Assembly: GCA_045837725.1 (NCBI GenBank)
Contig: JBEWZL010000276.1
Span: 434,001 to 498,000, forward strand
Direction: 5' to 3'
Length of the DNA: 64,000 nucleotides
Origin: Vermamoeba vermiformis
Taxonomy: Eukaryota
Shown: positions 59,103 to 64,000 of the stretch, piece by piece
Layout: each line of letters starts with the position of its first letter
Numbering within the stretch: the stretch's first letter is position 1
Notes under the pieces: model-generated
The model's database searches: none
What the model was told of the DNA's origin: nothing
What the model saw: the letters and a program-made list of their open reading frames with translations, nothing else
Position numbers and translations under genes: made by a program

Positions 59103-60725
59103 ATGACGACCCCAAATACTATTTTTTTGAAGGAATCAGCTCCTGTTGCTCAGACCCAACACGTTGTGCGAGTGTCTCATCCGATCCGCCAAGATGTTAC
59201 AGCCGACATGCAATACAATCGTGTAAGTCAATTTTTAGAACGAGCCTCGATGCGAGACGGAAACGCCATTTTTGGGACCAACCCAAAAATACTCTTCCTA
59301 TTATTCATATAAACAAGATATTAACGCTATTCTTAATACTGACATGATTTTATTTAAACAGCTTTTGAACTATTGTCACAAGATTGCAGATCTTGCGTCT
59401 CAAGTCAACAGAACGAAACAATCACCCGAGATGCTTTCTGCAGCTAATAAGGTTCGTAATCACCTTAACCGTCACGTCTTAAACATTGTTTAGCCCGGAT
59501 CTAATTTTTTAATTTAGGTCCTGCACGCTTTAATGCTGTCTCTTGGCACCGCATCTGGCTCGCTAGACCCAAAGTTAGGACAAGAACAGGTAAGGATTAA
59601 GCGCCAATGCATACTTCAAAAGATTCTTTATCAGCGACGTCACTTGTCGTGGGTGAAAAAAGACAACGAAAAATCGATTTAATTTAAATGTGTGCGTTCA
59701 AATATGCTTTGCACTGGCATGTCATACCAATAATTCAATAACGAATATCACTATTGTATTAGCCAAAAGAGAAATATTCAACTTATTTGATTTATTGAAC
59801 GGATGGGACACGCACCTGTCAAACTTCAAATCTGGACTTGCTTTCCATCTTTACTACTATCCAGCTCTTGCTATACCTTAATACATTTATTTTGCCTCGG
59901 GTTCTTAACCCGGCAGTTAGAAGGAGCAATCTCCAGCGTCCTATTTTTACCGCACGTCAAATCCTGTTTTTAGAGCCTGTCAAACGAGATTGACCGGCTA
60001 ATTTAATGTTAATCGGCAACCGCTCGTCGTACTTTTGGTGTCCTTTATATTATTAGACAGTGTTAGGGCCATTACTGCGGTTGCAATCATCTTTCTCACT
60101 TGCATCTGAAGCGGATGTACTGATCCTTCTTTTTGTAGCTTCCTGTGGAACAAAATCTGACTGGACAGCCAGATATTCTCGAACAGCTTATTATGAGCTT
60201 TATGAAGTGCAATATCGCTCCCAATCAACCAAAACAACCAAGCTTTTTTGGCGATTCATTTTTGAGCACAGATCCAAATCCGCCTAAGGTAAGGCTTATT
60301 TTATATAAATCAATTGACGCGTAAATTTACTATGGACGGTGTTATTATAAAGTCTTTGCTTACAATTTTGGTGATTTTTTGATTTGTTTATTTCTTGACG
60401 CAGAAAACTAACTCATTTTCGGTAATCCAGAAGCGCAAAATTAGTGACGAGAATCCTCCTCATCTAACTCCTCCTGCCGTAATGCCGTTCTCTTATTCGT
60501 ATCCTTTTTAACCCGAGTGGGAACTACGGAATTATCCACGGCACTAAGTGCAAAAAAATCTACTTCATTGTTTCTCCTTAACCTCGGTAATCCAGATTTG
60601 CTCCTACAACCACCTCCAACCCATTCTCCACTGTTGAAACGCACGAGCGAAGGTCCGTTACTGTAGCGGATCACCGTCCGCGCAAGTCATCTGGCAGTGC
60701 TCCGCTTGACATGCTCTTGAACTAA
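59103..60725 (+). CDS. Hypothetical protein with a helical N-terminus and a disordered C-terminus ending APLDMLLN
   Basis: In-frame exons 59103-59222, 59361-59451, 59518-59589, 60140-60288, about 60431-60498 and 60596-60725. The middle exon structure is uncertain. Confidence 0.5.
60499..60595 (+). other. Candidate U12-type (minor spliceosome) GT-AG intron
   Basis: 5' end GTATCCTTT and branch site TCCTTAAC at 60575-60582, 13 nt before the end of CAG. Removal skips TAA at 60509 and opens 42 more codons. Confidence 0.7.
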
Positions 60726-61363
60726 ATTCCATCCCTGAATACGATACCCCCCGTTGCACGTGCTACTCGTATGGAATGTTTGTTAAATAGCAAAGCGAGG
60801 TAGCATTGACGGGGATTTCGAAACACCTTTAAATCGAATCCAACAATCGATACCTTAGAACTTCACTGACAACCCTAGTCTAGTTTGCGAATTGTACATA
60901 ATGTTAATATAAAATAATAATGAAGCGTCAAAACGAAACGAAAATCGCAGGGTGGTGCTGTCGCTCAAGAGGTGTCACCACGGACGGCATATCAATAACA
61001 CGTAAAAATTAACAAAATGCTTAAGTGCTTTACGTTGTTGACTCGTCCAGGAGAATTAGTGTCGTTTGTTTTTAATGGCAGTGTAAATGTCAATAGAAAC
61101 GGGACCAAATGAACATCACAAAAAAGTATTGCCCTTTCTGACAGGAATACAACAACGCGTATTTAGCACCAATCTATTATTATTTAAATATACAAGTTTA
61201 TTGCGATAACAGTATTGGCGAAGTGCTTTGGACAAACAGCGAGGTTAGATTTGATCAACTTTTTTTTCAATATAGAAGTGCGCTAAAATATACGTCATTC
61301 ATCAATTTTGTTCCTAATATTTAAATTTACCTTTTGAAATATTAATTAAATATTTTAGAGATA

Positions 61364-63897
61364 ATGGATTCGATAGACGACCTACCACCTTCAGACGCAG
61401 CCGAAACTACAAGCTCGCACGATTTTTATTTATATTCATTCCCCGACGAAGTTGTTATGGCCATTCTTTCGTTCATGGCTGCGCCAGATCTCAATAATTT
61501 GTCTCAGTGCTCAGTATTTTCTCAACATTTGGCCAATTCAAACGAGCTATGGCACGATTTGTTCACACGCGATAAGGCTGGTGTTCAACTATTAACAAGG
61601 CGTCAAAAGGTACGAGAGGAGAGTTCGGATGAAGAATTCGGTAAGTACGATCTACTCTTATAAATCTTACCTCAAACTTCGATGTAGACTTTGATGATGA
61701 CGAGGAAGAGGACGAGGATATGGCGGAGGAAGCTGCACTACGAAGAAAAAGAAAGCTTGCATTGTTCAAGCGACTCAAGAATTTGTTGTGGCGGAGCGCC
61801 ATGTCCAAGAACGAGTCCGAGTCCTCTGAAGAGCCCGCGCAGAAGAAAATCAAACTTGATTTAAGTGAGGAGCCGCAGAACAACGATGAAGAGAAGAATG
61901 AGAGTGAGCCTACTCCGAGTAAGTACAGCATCCGAAGGGCGATCTGAACAGAACATAAATAACATGCTTATTGTAGTGGAGCTGGAACAACCCGTAATAG
62001 TCGATGCCGCTCAAGACTTTTACGATTGGAAAGCAATTTATCGCAAAGCTAAGCCTTACGACTCAATTCAAGAAGCCGTCGACATGGCAATCGTAAGTAG
62101 TAGAGATTTGAGTTTCGCAAATACTAAGACTCGAAAGGACGGTGATACCATTATTGTGGGTCCTGGTCTGTATAAAGAAGGTATTCTGATCGAGAAGGCG
62201 ATAAGTCTTGTTGGCAACGATTTCGAGAGCGTTACGGACTCGAAAACTATTGAAAGAATCAAGAAATTGAAGAGAGACAAGCAACTCAAAGAGTCGGCGG
62301 GTAAGATATCATTTGGTTTTACGTTCGATTTACTAGCAGATCTTATCAGTGTTTACTTGTCTGCCATTCTTCGCTTATTAACTCTGTTGCAGAGGTCGAA
62401 AAGAAAAAGAGCGAAGGAAAAGAAGAAGTTCCCGAGAAGAAAGAGCGCATGATCGAAGAGTGGGAAAAAGGGCGCGTGATTTTATCGAGCAGCACGTACA
62501 ACACAATCGAAGTCACGGTTAACACCAAAGTGTTGGTGAAGGTAAAGACATATCGATGCTGATTGTCCTGAAGCGGTGATGTGTTATTAACGATTGTGCT
62601 CAGAACATCTCGATTCAACAAGCAGTGAAACCTCCGAACAAGTGCTTCGGTGTTTGCGTGGATGTTGGCACTGTCACGCTCGATAACTGCGAGATCAGCT
62701 CGTCCTCCCTGTCCACTGCCATCGTAAGGAAGAGTGGCACATTGACACTCACGAATTGTTGGGTCAGTGATTCAGCGCAGATCGGTGCTTTTGCCGTCGG
62801 AAACTCCAATTTGATTGTGCAGTCTTCGAGTAAGTAACTTTCGAAACTAATAACTTATGTTTTAACTTGTTACAGCTTTCGAGCAGACACTGAGTTACGC
62901 CGTTGCATGTCTCAATGGCTCATCGTTGGTGCTCGAGAAGAACAAGATTATTGAGTGCGGCGGTGTTAAGATTGAAGAACACGGCACACGCGCGTTGCAA
63001 ATCAACCACAACGAGTTTTATCAGCAAGTCTGGACAGTACGTCGACTATATAGAGAAGTATACTTGGCTAATGGTTCTTGTAGGCTTTGAGAATTGACAA
63101 GACAAACGACATCGTGCTTTGCAACAACACGATTCATAAAGGCAAGACGCTTGGCATCACTGTGAAAGATTTAAAGGTACATCCGCGTGCTAAAATAGCA
63201 ACTAATAACGTGCGCAGAGTGGTCTCATTGACGGCAACAAAGTTCAAGACAACGTCAAGTCCGGCTTGTTGATGCAGGACTCGCAAAACGTCGTCATCAC
63301 CAACAACGTGTTTAGCGGAAATGGCGACTGCGGTGTTGATGCAAAAGATGTGAAAGACGTTACAATAGCCAACAATACCATCGTAAGTGTATTACAGCCA
63401 TTGCGAGTACGGGCTGCTTAATCGACTGACAATCGCCGCAGGAAAATAATCTGATGTCGGGTGTGGATCTGTACAACTCGACAGCTGTCATTGACGGCAA
63501 CAAGATCAATCACAACAATACTGGTGTCTACGCGTTTCACAAGTGCGTGCTCGAAGTTCGGAACAATACGTTGAACAAGAACAAGACCAACGGCCTAGAG
63601 ATACGCATCGGAGTTCCCGTGAGCATTGAAAATATGATTGGCAATACCGCGGAGTACAATGGTCAAAATGGAATCATAATTTGCCGACGTGACGATGGTG
63701 AGGCATCTGCCATTGACTCGGCATTCTTAACTGCTAACAACAAGTTAATGGGAAATTCGCACGAGGATCTGTTCGTGGAAGTCAAAAAGTATGCCTTCGA
63801 TTCGGATCTCAAGCTGTCATTCGAAACTAGCGATAAAGAAAAAGGCGAAAGTAAGCTCTCACAATATATTAAGCGTTTGACTAATGAGTATTGTTAG
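61364..63897 (+). CDS. F-box plus right-handed parallel beta-helix protein (FBXO10/FBXO11-like architecture)
   Basis: YSFPDEVVMAILSFMAAPDLNNLSQCS..LANSNELW (F-box), YDSIQEAVD..GDTIIVGPGLYKE, and repeated IxxNxIxxN..G beta-helix turns. Confidence 0.82.
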
Positions 63898-64000
63898 TCA
63901 CTGCCGATGTCGAAGAGGCTATTAAGCGCGGAGTTTGCACGTTCTCTTACACTGGATATCACTTCCACCCGCAGTATTGGTAGGTTTAATAGACCGTCAA

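Noticed and set aside
1-64000. CRISPR arrays, transposases, rRNA or giant-virus insertion
   Set aside because: No regularly spaced repeats, terminal repeats, RT/transposase motifs or viral hallmark genes were seen. The F-box and ankyrin genes mostly contain introns.
1-64000. Non-standard genetic code or stop-codon readthrough
   Set aside because: In-frame stops at ORF ends are explained by GT-AG introns, and TAA, TAG and TGA all serve as real terminators.

Overview
This is a gene-dense eukaryotic genomic window in the standard genetic code, with many short GT-AG introns of about 50-100 nt. It is most consistent with a free-living amoebozoan or similar protist, which is an inference from gene content. 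About 27 genes were reconstructed by hand-splicing. In order: a tandem triplet of Cys-rich single-pass receptors with integrin-beta/Sib-like tails; a spliced prokaryote-type adenosine-specific kinase (DUF355) gene missed by the ORF track; a membrane coiled-coil protein; a Kelch protein; Hsp20; a nodulin-like MFS transporter; paxillin; coactosin; a B12D/NDUFA4-like protein; a geranylgeranyl-reductase-family flavoprotein; RPB2; a tandem triplet of F-box-like proteins, two ending in NLS plus CaaX; an F-box/LRR protein; a GPI-anchored protein with a ZP-module-like layout; a diflavin reductase; a Ras GTPase; an F-box/TPR protein; an adjacent nicotinamidase plus nicotinate phosphoribosyltransferase pair; an ankyrin/S41-peptidase fusion; an unknown gene carrying a U12-type intron; and an F-box/beta-helix protein. 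No rRNA, tRNA, CRISPR array or transposase was seen. Several single-base frameshifts (about 29.4, 32.4, 32.7 and 39.5-40.9 kb) may be assembly errors. All family assignments come from motif recognition by eye, not from database searches.
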